DNA of 64,000 nt from a virus, in the IMG/VR virus record IMGVR_UViG_3300042448_002155, positions 49,715-113,714 of that record; one strand, 5' to 3'. Below the pieces are notes generated by a model, which worked only from the letters and a program-made list of their open reading frames with translations, was not told where the DNA came from and did no database searches. Every line of letters starts with the position of its first letter. Positions within the stretch are counted from its first letter, which is position 1. Shown here piece by piece: positions 30,521 to 40,078 of this stretch. Position numbers and translations under genes: made by a program.

Positions 30521-31300
30521 TCACACTTTAGCATAGCTGCTCATTAAGAGCTCTTGCCTATTGTCTCCATTAGCTAAGAATGATTGATACATTACTTCGG
30601 ACATTATATGTGGTGCATATATATACGAGGCACTGTATAGTTTGAATCCAGCTTTTTTACATTCCAAAGACCAGCCGACATCTTCACCCTGTTCATGCAG
30701 TGTGTAATTAATATTATTATATACATCCTTAGACATCATCTTTGCAGCCATGATTACATCTGACTGAAAGTAATGTCCTAATTCGTACTTTTCTTTTCTG
30801 AATGCTTTAGCTGGAACATCTAATCTCCAGTCCATAACACTTGGATACATTGTTCCAAATGGAGTCATAAACATCAGAGGATTAACTGCGTCAGCTCCAG
30901 ATTTAATGTGCGCTATTAATAATTCTATGGTATTTGTATTCGTCAGCAAGATGTCAGAATCAAGACTAAAATAATATTCTGGCTGTATTTTTCTAACGGA
31001 TTCCAACAATGAATTTCGCAGAGATACCATATTTACATACTTTGACATACTCCATTGTCTGCCATTATTTTCGTGCTCAAAATGCGGAATATCTTCTCTA
31101 ATCTTAATCTCAAAATAAGGTATTCTTTTATCGAATTTTTTCCAAGATTCAAGAGCCTGAATGGTCGCCGTATCATCTGGAGATACCTCAAATATAAAGC
31201 CTATATCATTAACCGGAATTGATTGCGATATTATGCTCTTAATCCAATGATGGAGAATCCAACTTCTCTTATACATTGGGCATCCTATAATGAGTTTCAT
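30521..31300 (-). CDS. GT-A fold (GT2-like) glycosyltransferase
   Basis: IIGCPMY N-terminus, LRNSLL, SLDSDIL (DxD), GEDVGW. Confidence 0.75.
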   Translation of the reverse strand: MKLIIGCPMYKRSWILHHWIKSIISQSIPVNDIGFIFEVSPDDTATIQALESWKKFDKRIPYFEIKIREDIPHFEHENNGRQWSMSKYVNMVSLRNSLLESVRKIQPEYYFSLDSDILLTNTNTIELLIAHIKSGADAVNPLMFMTPFGTMYPSVMDWRLDVPAKAFRKEKYELGHYFQSDVIMAAKMMSKDVYNNINYTLHEQGEDVGWSLECKKAGFKLYSASYIYAPHIMSEVMYQSFLANGDNRQELLMSSYAKV

Positions 31301-31307
31301 TCGGAAA

Positions 31308-31637
31308 TTACTTCTTCTTTTCTTCGATCATCGAAGAGTTTGCAGGCGCTTCATCTGGAGCGGTGCTTGTTGTTTTGCTTTTTTGAATAGAATCTTTTTG
31401 CTCTATAACAATCTCTTCCTGAGCGGAAGGAATGTCTTCTTCTGCGGAATCTTCTTCAATAAAACTTTCTAAGAAAGAAACTCTATCAACTAGTTGTTCG
31501 ATAACTTCTACTAAAACCTGAAGTGCTAAACGAGTTTGCCCGTTATCTACGGCCTTAGTGAAACCTATTAGGCCATCATCAGTATTTAGATAGGTAGAAA
31601 TTGTATCATTCTTTATTATTATCTTCTCTGACATCAT
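31308..31637 (-). CDS. Hypothetical protein (109 aa)
   Basis: ORF overlapping the end of the portal gene. Confidence 0.55.
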   Translation of the reverse strand: MMSEKIIIKNDTISTYLNTDDGLIGFTKAVDNGQTRLALQVLVEVIEQLVDRVSFLESFIEEDSAEEDIPSAQEEIVIEQKDSIQKSKTTSTAPDEAPANSSMIEEKKK

Positions 31638-33270
31638 CTATGCCTTTCTCATCATTAGTGTAAACGATAGTATACTCTGATTCTAGAGCATTTTCAACTA
31701 ATGTGAGCCATGAATTATCAGATCTTCTAATATTTGGTGAAGTTTTTCTTCCTTGTTGATTTGCTGGTCGGATAGTATTGCCAGATCCTCTTTTGGTATT
31801 GGGAAGATTTCTTTGCCCTTTTGTGGCGGGCGTTTGCTTATCTCCATCCCGCTGAACATCTACGGCTTTTGTACCTGAGGTAATTTCAGCTTGATTCTTA
31901 GCCATTTCCATTTGGATCTTAGCTTGAATTGATGCGTAAAGATCTTCTTCGTCGTATTCTGGATCAAGGCCAAGTTCCAATCTAGCTTCCTTAAGGCCAA
32001 TTATATTATTGGCATACTTTTGGATAACATGAGTTTCTTTCTTAACCTGAGTGTCTACGTCTATTTCGTTAAACTTGAAATAGCAACGATCTGATATACC
32101 AGACTCTATAGGATTAGATATGGGATCAAATCCGCCCTCCATTAAAATTTCGTTAAAGATATGAACTCTGACCATATCAGAAAACAGCTTTTGATATTGC
32201 TTTACCTTATCGTACAGGGCAGTATCTAAGCGATCTGTCACTGATCTATTTCCGCCATTCATCATCATTCCCAAATGGTGCGGAGCGACTCCTAGTCCAA
32301 CTGCTACTCTTTCTTTGAAGTGTTGCAGATATGCCGTTGCGTCCAGTGCTGCGTTGTTTGCCCCGATGACATCTATTGAATGACGATAAGGAAGTATTAA
32401 GCCACCCTCTGCTCTAAGGTTTTCGATTTCTATGGCAGCCTTGTCTATTTCATCGGGCTCTGCTGGTTGGTCTGCGGTTCCTATTGTATATCTATACAGA
32501 GGGAATAGTTCTCTGTGAACTAAGTTTTGAATATCCTCTTCCATCTGTCTAAGTGCAACAACATCGTCAAGCACGGTCCCCATGAAGGGTGTCCCAAAAG
32601 CTCTACCAGTCTTCTTATCGGTGTGCATATGGATAACGCGGTCAGCTGACCAAACCGGATCACGCTCTGTTGGAGCGTACGTCAGAGGGTCCGAAGCCTG
32701 CTGATATGACCTAGGTCTATTGAACTTATCTCTCAATATTCTTACTTGTTCAGTGGGAATTAAATAGTATCCTACGACCGGAAGCTCCGCATTGACCCCT
32801 GATATTTCAGTGGGAAAGTACTCCGAAATATCTCCTCTAGCCTTGACTATGAAAACATTTCCATACTTGAAAAGGTGATCAGTAACCTCTATCAGGAAGT
32901 CTAGAAATGGGCGCTTCATTGCCATTTCCATAAAATCTATTCTTTGATAAAGATAAGAAACTGCTTCTGGATTTTCGCCAACAATGTTCCAGCTTTCTTT
33001 CCAGAAGAGTTCCTTATGCTTATTCAACGCCTGCTTGACGTAAGAGTCAGTATCTGCCGCCTGCATAATCCGATCAAAGTCATACGGAGAAGGCTCAAAT
33101 GTAGCCCTATTGTTATAATAAAATGTATTACCCTGAAAGCCGAGTGCCAAGGCAGCGACTTTCATAGCTCTGCCTACTGATTTAATTTCATCAGGTTGCA
33201 ATGCCTTAGCAATAACATTATTTTGTGATTTATCTCTTTGCCTAAAGGGCAAAAAATCAAAAGCTGCCAT
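31606..33270 (-). CDS. Portal protein
   Basis: LFKYGNVFI, VIHM...AFGTP, helical core, EARLELG; position upstream of the protease; start placed at MAAFDF. Confidence 0.85.
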   Translation of the reverse strand: MAAFDFLPFRQRDKSQNNVIAKALQPDEIKSVGRAMKVAALALGFQGNTFYYNNRATFEPSPYDFDRIMQAADTDSYVKQALNKHKELFWKESWNIVGENPEAVSYLYQRIDFMEMAMKRPFLDFLIEVTDHLFKYGNVFIVKARGDISEYFPTEISGVNAELPVVGYYLIPTEQVRILRDKFNRPRSYQQASDPLTYAPTERDPVWSADRVIHMHTDKKTGRAFGTPFMGTVLDDVVALRQMEEDIQNLVHRELFPLYRYTIGTADQPAEPDEIDKAAIEIENLRAEGGLILPYRHSIDVIGANNAALDATAYLQHFKERVAVGLGVAPHHLGMMMNGGNRSVTDRLDTALYDKVKQYQKLFSDMVRVHIFNEILMEGGFDPISNPIESGISDRCYFKFNEIDVDTQVKKETHVIQKYANNIIGLKEARLELGLDPEYDEEDLYASIQAKIQMEMAKNQAEITSGTKAVDVQRDGDKQTPATKGQRNLPNTKRGSGNTIRPANQQGRKTSPNIRRSDNSWLTLVENALESEYTIVYTNDEKGIDDVREDNNKE

Positions 33271-33329
33271 CTTCTTCTCCACTTTAAAAACTACTAGTAA
33301 TAGTAGTTATAATGACTTTTTTATATCAG

Positions 33330-33557
33330 TTACTCAGATGGAGTCTGATTAACCTTATCAAAGGCGTTTTTTAAGATTAATGTCTTAACTGATTCCATCC
33401 AAAAGACTGTTTCAGCTTCATTAAAATCGCTCTTGTATTGAAGGTTTGCGTTTGAAATTTTGATTTCAATAACAAATTCTTTATTTTCTACGGGTTGACT
33501 TGCTTCACTTATTTCAATTATTTCTTCTGACATTTTATTTACCTCACTCAAAATCAT
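33330..33557 (-). CDS. Small hypothetical protein
   Basis: ORF; the real start is probably MSEEII. Confidence 0.5.
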   Translation of the reverse strand: MILSEVNKMSEEIIEISEASQPVENKEFVIEIKISNANLQYKSDFNEAETVFWMESVKTLILKNAFDKVNQTPSE

Positions 33558-33726
33558 CTGTTTTTGTTTTTGTTGTTTTTACTGTTTTTTGCTGTGCTGT
33601 CAATTGTTCAATCTGAGCGGTCAGCTGTTTAATTGTAGCTTCTTTGATTATAATTTCTGTCATCATTTGAGCCATTCTTTCATTAAAAGTTTGAACTAAT
33701 ATATTTACATCAATATCATTATTCAT
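33544..33726 (-). CDS. Small coiled-coil hypothetical protein
   Basis: AAGGAG RBS; upstream TGATATAAT extended -10 boxes at about 33751-33777. Confidence 0.6.
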   Translation of the reverse strand: MNNDIDVNILVQTFNERMAQMMTEIIIKEATIKQLTAQIEQLTAQQKTVKTTKTKTDDFE

Positions 33727-33774
33727 TTTTTTCTCCTTATGCGCACTTGCATTATATCATAATATCTAATTATA

Positions 33775-35724
33775 TCATAACATCTGATTATTTTTCATTA
33801 TCTTCAATATATCTTTGATTGCAGCAACACATACTGCAATCATAGCTGATTCTGACCAGTAGCTTGGAATCCATGATTCTAAATCTTTCATCTGTGCAAT
33901 TTTATCCTCTTCAGTCATAGCGTCCGATGACACTGGTTCCCATACTGCTAGCTGAGCATCTACTTCAGCTACCTCTTCTGCGATAAATCCGTAATCAGTA
34001 ACGAATTCTCGCAGACTAGCTTTCAAATCGTCATCATCAGGCATTCTATTCCATTTAAATGTAGATGGTTTTAATTTATCAATTATTGATAATGAGTTAG
34101 ATATTTCATTAATATTATTTTTATATTTTCTTTTAGATGATGGATAGCCTAACCATGTATATCCGCTGTAATGAAGAAAAGATCTAACCGTTGTTGAATT
34201 ACTGGTGAGCGGAGTCCTGGCTATCACGTATGGATCAGAGGTGAAAAAGATTGGAACCTCTCCCCCTGCTGCGACTCCAAATTGGTTGGCATCTACTTGA
34301 TAAAATCCCGTATCATCATCACCCGCAAAGCCAATAGCGGGCGATGCCTGACTGCCACCATTTACCCTTATGGTTGAACCAACCATTATAATGTTATTGG
34401 AATTTAAAGCTGTGCCAGCTTTAAAGCCACTGGAATCTACCTCCCAATATATCACTCCATCATTGCCTCTAATCTTTCCGCTGTTTACCTGGATAATTGC
34501 GCTAGCAGATCCAAACGTTAAAGTTGAGTTTAACGTTGTTGCCCCACTGACGGTTAAGCCACCGCTAATTGTTGTTGTACTTCCAACGTTTAATGTACCA
34601 GCAATTGTAGTTGTGCTAGATGCTCCGCCTATGCCAATAGTTGTACCATTTACTGTTAAATTTCCAGAAACTGTTGTTGAGCTTGAAACGCTTAATGTAC
34701 CAGTTACATAGGTTGTTCCAGCTAACACAGTTGTACCATTTACCCTAAGAAGCTCACTATGGGGAGCGAGACCAGCGTTAGTTCCGGAACCAATTGTAGT
34801 ATTACCTGTTACACTTAATGCACCAGAAATAGTTCCCGTACCTGTTGCTGTAAAGTTACCTGTATTTGTAATTTTAAATTTTGCGCTTGCAAAAGCTCTA
34901 TTTCCGATCCAGAAATTACCATCGGTATCAACCTGCAGAGAATCGTTATCTGTACCATCTCCACCACCTATGTCCAATGCCCCCTTGAAAGTTCCAGCCG
35001 TCGCTTCTACTGTTCCTCTTACAGTTATGTTATTAAATTCTGCTTGACCATCACCTCTAATCAACCAGCCAGTTGAACCAGATTGATAATTAGAAGTTCT
35101 TATTACTGCCATATTAGCTGGAGGAGTATAAGAATATGCTGTTCCTGGTTGAGTTAATATTATTTCATGTGCGCCAATTGTTCCAGCAGTTATTTTTGCT
35201 GCCGTCAAAGAACCAATAAAATCTTCATCAATCAGTGGAGTATCGCCAGATGCAACTATAGATGTCCATCCGCTAATATTGCCAGCTGTATCAATTGTCC
35301 TTACTCTTCCATAATACTTAACGGGATTAGTTGTGGAAGAGGTACTTGTTGTTGTGCTGTTATCATCTACTGAAACGACAAAAACATTTGTTTGAACATA
35401 TCCAGTTCTATGAGGTGTTTCACCAGAAATAACCTGGTATTGTGCACTAATTAATTGTACTTGATCTTCTTTATATAATTCATATTCATATTTTGCCGTA
35501 TCTTCATCAATGCTGTCTGTGTATTGAAATAACACATTAAGGAAAGATGCTGCGAGTACAAGTCCTGTTGGAGCTTCTGGAATTGTTGAATCTGTTGGAG
35601 TTCTAAATCTTACTGAATCTGTGTAGCCTGACAAAACATTAATGTCATTATTTTTTGCGCGAACAGTAACAATATACTCTTTATTTGGTTTTAAGTTTTC
35701 TATATTTTTAGATATAATACTCAT
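33775..35724 (-). CDS. Tail fibre/spike with FN3-like N-terminus and C-terminal intramolecular chaperone (peptidase S74-like)
   Basis: NLKPNKEYIVTVRAKN; SSKRKYKNNI...LKPSTFKW...YGFIAEEV. Confidence 0.8.
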   Translation of the reverse strand: MSIISKNIENLKPNKEYIVTVRAKNNDINVLSGYTDSVRFRTPTDSTIPEAPTGLVLAASFLNVLFQYTDSIDEDTAKYEYELYKEDQVQLISAQYQVISGETPHRTGYVQTNVFVVSVDDNSTTTSTSSTTNPVKYYGRVRTIDTAGNISGWTSIVASGDTPLIDEDFIGSLTAAKITAGTIGAHEIILTQPGTAYSYTPPANMAVIRTSNYQSGSTGWLIRGDGQAEFNNITVRGTVEATAGTFKGALDIGGGDGTDNDSLQVDTDGNFWIGNRAFASAKFKITNTGNFTATGTGTISGALSVTGNTTIGSGTNAGLAPHSELLRVNGTTVLAGTTYVTGTLSVSSSTTVSGNLTVNGTTIGIGGASSTTTIAGTLNVGSTTTISGGLTVSGATTLNSTLTFGSASAIIQVNSGKIRGNDGVIYWEVDSSGFKAGTALNSNNIIMVGSTIRVNGGSQASPAIGFAGDDDTGFYQVDANQFGVAAGGEVPIFFTSDPYVIARTPLTSNSTTVRSFLHYSGYTWLGYPSSKRKYKNNINEISNSLSIIDKLKPSTFKWNRMPDDDDLKASLREFVTDYGFIAEEVAEVDAQLAVWEPVSSDAMTEEDKIAQMKDLESWIPSYWSESAMIAVCVAAIKDILKIMKNNQML

Positions 35725-36257
35725 TATCTTATGCCACCTATCAGCGTAAATGTATTATTAGATTGATTAACTAGTTCATTTCCAATTTGTAAATATAGAT
35801 TATAACTAAATGAGTAAGAAGTTATTTTAATATTATTTCCATTAGATAAAACATTTTTATCATATAATGTTTCTATTTCGACAAAATAATCTCTTTCTTC
35901 AAAATCTGTCTTTGCAAAAAGCTGTTGATTATCAGAGTAAGTTCTAGCAAATGAATCAATTGTTTGCCAATCTAAAGCTAAAGAATTATTCGTATTTACA
36001 TTATCGGAAAGTGCCGTAAATTTAATTCTAAATTTTCCATAATTAGGACCCTTACCTCCGTATAATGTAAACTTTGGGCCAGTAAAATTCATATATAGCT
36101 TAGATGCTGGTTTTGTAGATAACCCATTATTCCAATCTGTCATTGGATTAATAAATGAAAAATTATATGATGAATCTGAATTTAGATCAACTAAATATTG
36201 ATCAGTATTTACATTGGAATAAAATTCATAATATGGATTGGTATATAATATTGTCAT
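35724..36257 (-). CDS. Tail-associated beta-sandwich protein
   Basis: FTGPKFTLYGGKGPNYGKF motif; lies between fibre genes. Confidence 0.5.
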   Translation of the reverse strand: MTILYTNPYYEFYSNVNTDQYLVDLNSDSSYNFSFINPMTDWNNGLSTKPASKLYMNFTGPKFTLYGGKGPNYGKFRIKFTALSDNVNTNNSLALDWQTIDSFARTYSDNQQLFAKTDFEERDYFVEIETLYDKNVLSNGNNIKITSYSFSYNLYLQIGNELVNQSNNTFTLIGGIR

Positions 36258-36277
36258 AAGAATCCCTTAATCAAATC

Positions 36278-36595
36278 CTAAGATTCAGTTTCTTCTTCTT
36301 CAACTATGTCCCATTGACATGTTGTTTCGTTCAAAACCCATTCGTGTTCTTCGGGCTTAGGTGGGATGAAGGCATCCCGAGTTTCGTCGTAAGTGTATCC
36401 AATACCAGCGTAGTTAAATCTTACTGGTTCTTTACCTTGCGAGTGTTCTCCAGCAAAAGTATTGACAGATGTCTTAATCCAACGCCCACCAAGGTTGTCA
36501 ATTAACCATTGATAGCCTTCGTCGGGTTCGTCATTATTACCTACTGTAATATTGATAACAATATTGTTTTCGTCTATTTGTGCCCAATGACTCAT
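36278..36595 (-). CDS. Fibre-associated small protein
   Basis: MSHWAQIDENNIV...RFNYAGIGYTYD...AFIPPKP; follows the Gly-rich fibre gene. Confidence 0.6.
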   Translation of the reverse strand: MSHWAQIDENNIVINITVGNNDEPDEGYQWLIDNLGGRWIKTSVNTFAGEHSQGKEPVRFNYAGIGYTYDETRDAFIPPKPEEHEWVLNETTCQWDIVEEEETES

Positions 36596-39500
36596 GTTAA
36601 CCACCTTAAGAAAACTACTCCAGCCCTACCCTCAGATGCTGTGGCCCCACCGCTTCCGGTTCCTCCTCCACCAGAGCCTAAATTAGTGGATGTAGTTCCG
36701 GCCGTAGAGGCGCCTCCGCTTCCGCCTTGACCGACAGTAAATGTTGAGGCTATGGTTGGATTTAATGCTACTCCGCCCGCGCCACGAGTATTTAATGATG
36801 CGGCTTCACCACTGCCGCCAATTCCTGCACCTCCGCCACCAGCCCTAAAGATGCCACTGCCTGAAGCGCTGGCTCCAGCACCTCCCAAATAATGATTATT
36901 AGAAGAACCATTACCGCCACTAGCGCCCCAGGCCCCGGCCCCTCCTGGGGACCCACCACTAGGCCCTGAACTGCTGACTATGGTGGAACCTGAATAAACT
37001 ATTGAAGTGGTACCACCACTACTGCCGCCGGTGCCAGCATAGGTAAAACCAGTATTACTACCAGAAACATATGTACCACGGCTTCCACCGCCACCAATAG
37101 TAATTACGTAATCACCCGTGCTGCTACTTGTTCGTGTTCCAGATGTGTAGTTTCCACCCGCTCCTCCTCCACCGCCACCACGGTTAGCGAGACCAGTGTT
37201 ATTACCTGCGCCTCCACCTCCTGAACCACCACTCAAAGCAAAATATTCAATATCTTTAGCGCCAGTTGAAATTGTAAAAGTACCGTTAGCAGTAAAGTAC
37301 ACACCTGTATATCCAGCACCAGCATCATATGAAGTGCCACCTGAGGTCGTAAAAGGAATCGCTATTGACCAAGTAAATTCTTTAGTGACATTACCCGCGG
37401 TATTTTCTGCCCTAACAGTAAATGTATAGGAAAAAGAAGAGCCATTAACAGGTGTTGTATACGTCCCAGTAATTGCTCCAGTAGAAGAATTAATACTGAA
37501 TCCACTAGGTAGTGATCCCGCACTAATGCTATACGTTACTGCAGAATAAGAGGCATTGCTTGATACTCCATCGGAATAAGCGGTGTTGTATGTTGGAGTT
37601 GCTAATGTTTCGTCATTCCATGTTGGAGGAGTATTTACGTTAAGGCTAAAACTTTTACTTATACTACCAACCGTATTAGTTGCCGTTATAGTGAAAGTGC
37701 TGGCATCAGCCGATAGTGGGGTTCCGGTTACTGCTCCAGTAGAAGAATTCAGAGAAAGTCCGCTTGGCAAAGATCCAGACGTAATAGAAAACGTTACACT
37801 AGGGTATCCTATAGCCGTTACTCCATCGGAATATATTAAAGATAAATTTGCATCCGCTAAAGTTTCATCAACCCATGTTGGAGCCCTATTAATTGCGCCA
37901 GAAAATGATTGTGTGACAGATCCAGTTTCATTAGCTGCCTGAATAGTGAAGGAGTATGCTCCATAATATGTTGGAGTGCCAGTAACCGCTACAGCACTTG
38001 CAGTAAAAGCCCTCACAGGACGCACGGAGTTCGTGCTCGGCTTGCTGTCCGGGTTCGGATTGGGTTCGTTGAAATGCTGGTACCATGCGGCTGCAGTCGA
38101 GCGCTCAGTAGAACTCCAATAGAGAACAACCGTCGAAAAACCTGCGTTCAAAGCAACTCTGTTGACATACATTTGGGTTAGTTCGTCTTTTGATGGCAAA
38201 AACCAGTCAGAATAACCACCATAAGTTAACTCACTACAATACACGGCAGCCGATGTTGCTGCCACATTTCCTGATTGAGCAACAATATCAATAGTGTTTT
38301 GCGCACCCGTACCTATTGCAGTACCATCAGCGCCAGAAACTAATGCTGACTGGTTCGCCCCAGTAGACCAAGTTCTTTGAACTTCAACGGCGACAGGTGC
38401 TACCTCAAAATATTTACCTGTGGAGTTCCCCACTGTAGAGGGAGTAATAAATATTTTTCCTCCACCAGGACCAGTATCACCAATACTAAATGTCGGACTT
38501 AAAGAAGTCGGACTTAAAGAAAGCCCCGTTGGTAAAGTTCCAGAACTAATTGTATATGTTGGACTTCCCGTAGCGACTACTTCATCCGAATAAGCTGTAT
38601 TGTAAGTGAATGTTGCCAGTGTATTATCCGTCCATGCAGGCGTTACATATAGGTCATCGGTGAATAGCTGAGTAACATTCCCGGCTGCATTTTCAGCCTT
38701 GACAGTAAAGGAATATGATCCAGCTGTTGTTGAAGTTCCAGTAATTGCACCAGTCGAAGAATTTAGAGTTATTCCAGATGGAAGTGCTCCGGCAGAAATA
38801 GAATATGTCACTGCGGGATAACCTGAAGCTGCAACTGCGTCACTATAAGCCTGCCCGTAAATCATATTTGCAATTGCTGAATCAGTCCACGCTGGAGCTG
38901 TGTATATCGTTCCGCTAAAAGCTTTTTCAATATAGCCCCAAGAGTTTGTTGCGCGAATTATAAAACTATAAGATCCGGTAGAACCAGTATTTCCAGTTAT
39001 AGCACCAGTTGACGAGTTGAGCGATAAGCCAGTTGGAAGAGAGCCAGAATAGATAGAGTAAACTATGGTTGCTGTACCTGCCGCTGAAACGCCATCACTA
39101 TATGCTACGCCTTGGGTAATGGCGCCGAGTGCTTGATCAGACCAAGATGGCGGAGATTGTACTGTGCCGGTAAATGATTGAGTTATTGAACTAGATAAAT
39201 TTTGTGCTTTAATCGTAAATGAATATGATCCACTAGATGTTGTCAAGCCGCTAAGTAGCCCAGTTGTTGCGTTCAATGTTATTCCACCTGGTAAGGCTCC
39301 AGAAGAAATAGAATAAGTTGGACTAGGAACTCCGTATGCCAAAATAGAATCTGAGTAAGATGAGTTATAATTTATATTTGCTAACGTATTATCAATCCAT
39401 GATGTTATTTCATTTATTACTCCAGAAAAGCTGGCTTCATTATAATATTTTCCATCATCGGTTGTTGCTCGAATCGAGAAAGAATAGTTACCAGTTTCAC

Positions 39501-40077
39501 TGACCGTACCAGTTATCCGTCCAGTAGATGAATTAATCGAAAGCCCTGCTGGTAAAGCTCCAGAAGAAACAGAATATATAGTTCCAACTGCGGAAATTAA
39601 ATCATCATAAGTTCGGCCATATACAAATAAATCTAATTCGATTGATTTCCAAACCGGAGCTAGATTAACTTGATAATCATCTATTCCAGCATTATCTACT
39701 TCGTTTAATTTTCTTAAATTTGGCGTATTATAATAGACGGCGTATTGTCCAACTATTTCTTCTGCTGCCGTATGCAATTCATATGTTTTAAAATAAATAT
39801 AGTCGCCTTCTATTACAGTTTGAACTGGATATGCATTGTCGCCCTTTTCATAAGTCACAATATATGATGCTTCATCTGTTTGATCTTCTAGAGAGGTATC
39901 TTTATATGTATTAATGTTGACATCTGATATATTAGCAAATATCCAAGTTCCAGAATTTATTGTATCCCTTGGCGTAAATCTACCTATAAACCTCTTGCAA
40001 TAGGGGTATGAGTAGACAGTGTTGGGTGTAGCCAAGTTTAAATTTTCAGTAGATTTAAAATATTTAAACCAAGCCAT
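36592..40077 (-). CDS. Receptor-binding/fibre protein: tandem putative Ig (He_PIG-like) repeats, an inserted C-type-lectin-like (DUF1566/Lcl-like) domain and a Gly-rich C-terminus
   Basis: Repeated YSISSGxLPxGLSLNSSTGAITGT units; DWFLPSKDEL...YWSSTE...VRPVRAF. Confidence 0.8.
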   Translation of the reverse strand: MAWFKYFKSTENLNLATPNTVYSYPYCKRFIGRFTPRDTINSGTWIFANISDVNINTYKDTSLEDQTDEASYIVTYEKGDNAYPVQTVIEGDYIYFKTYELHTAAEEIVGQYAVYYNTPNLRKLNEVDNAGIDDYQVNLAPVWKSIELDLFVYGRTYDDLISAVGTIYSVSSGALPAGLSINSSTGRITGTVSETGNYSFSIRATTDDGKYYNEASFSGVINEITSWIDNTLANINYNSSYSDSILAYGVPSPTYSISSGALPGGITLNATTGLLSGLTTSSGSYSFTIKAQNLSSSITQSFTGTVQSPPSWSDQALGAITQGVAYSDGVSAAGTATIVYSIYSGSLPTGLSLNSSTGAITGNTGSTGSYSFIIRATNSWGYIEKAFSGTIYTAPAWTDSAIANMIYGQAYSDAVAASGYPAVTYSISAGALPSGITLNSSTGAITGTSTTAGSYSFTVKAENAAGNVTQLFTDDLYVTPAWTDNTLATFTYNTAYSDEVVATGSPTYTISSGTLPTGLSLSPTSLSPTFSIGDTGPGGGKIFITPSTVGNSTGKYFEVAPVAVEVQRTWSTGANQSALVSGADGTAIGTGAQNTIDIVAQSGNVAATSAAVYCSELTYGGYSDWFLPSKDELTQMYVNRVALNAGFSTVVLYWSSTERSTAAAWYQHFNEPNPNPDSKPSTNSVRPVRAFTASAVAVTGTPTYYGAYSFTIQAANETGSVTQSFSGAINRAPTWVDETLADANLSLIYSDGVTAIGYPSVTFSITSGSLPSGLSLNSSTGAVTGTPLSADASTFTITATNTVGSISKSFSLNVNTPPTWNDETLATPTYNTAYSDGVSSNASYSAVTYSISAGSLPSGFSINSSTGAITGTYTTPVNGSSFSYTFTVRAENTAGNVTKEFTWSIAIPFTTSGGTSYDAGAGYTGVYFTANGTFTISTGAKDIEYFALSGGSGGGGAGNNTGLANRGGGGGGAGGNYTSGTRTSSSTGDYVITIGGGGSRGTYVSGSNTGFTYAGTGGSSGGTTSIVYSGSTIVSSSGPSGGSPGGAGAWGASGGNGSSNNHYLGGAGASASGSGIFRAGGGGAGIGGSGEAASLNTRGAGGVALNPTIASTFTVGQGGSGGASTAGTTSTNLGSGGGGTGSGGATASEGRAGVVFLRWLT

Positions 40078-40078
40078 G

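Noticed and set aside
36592-40077. A complete DGR in this window
   Set aside because: Only a target-like domain is present; no reverse transcriptase or template repeat was found here
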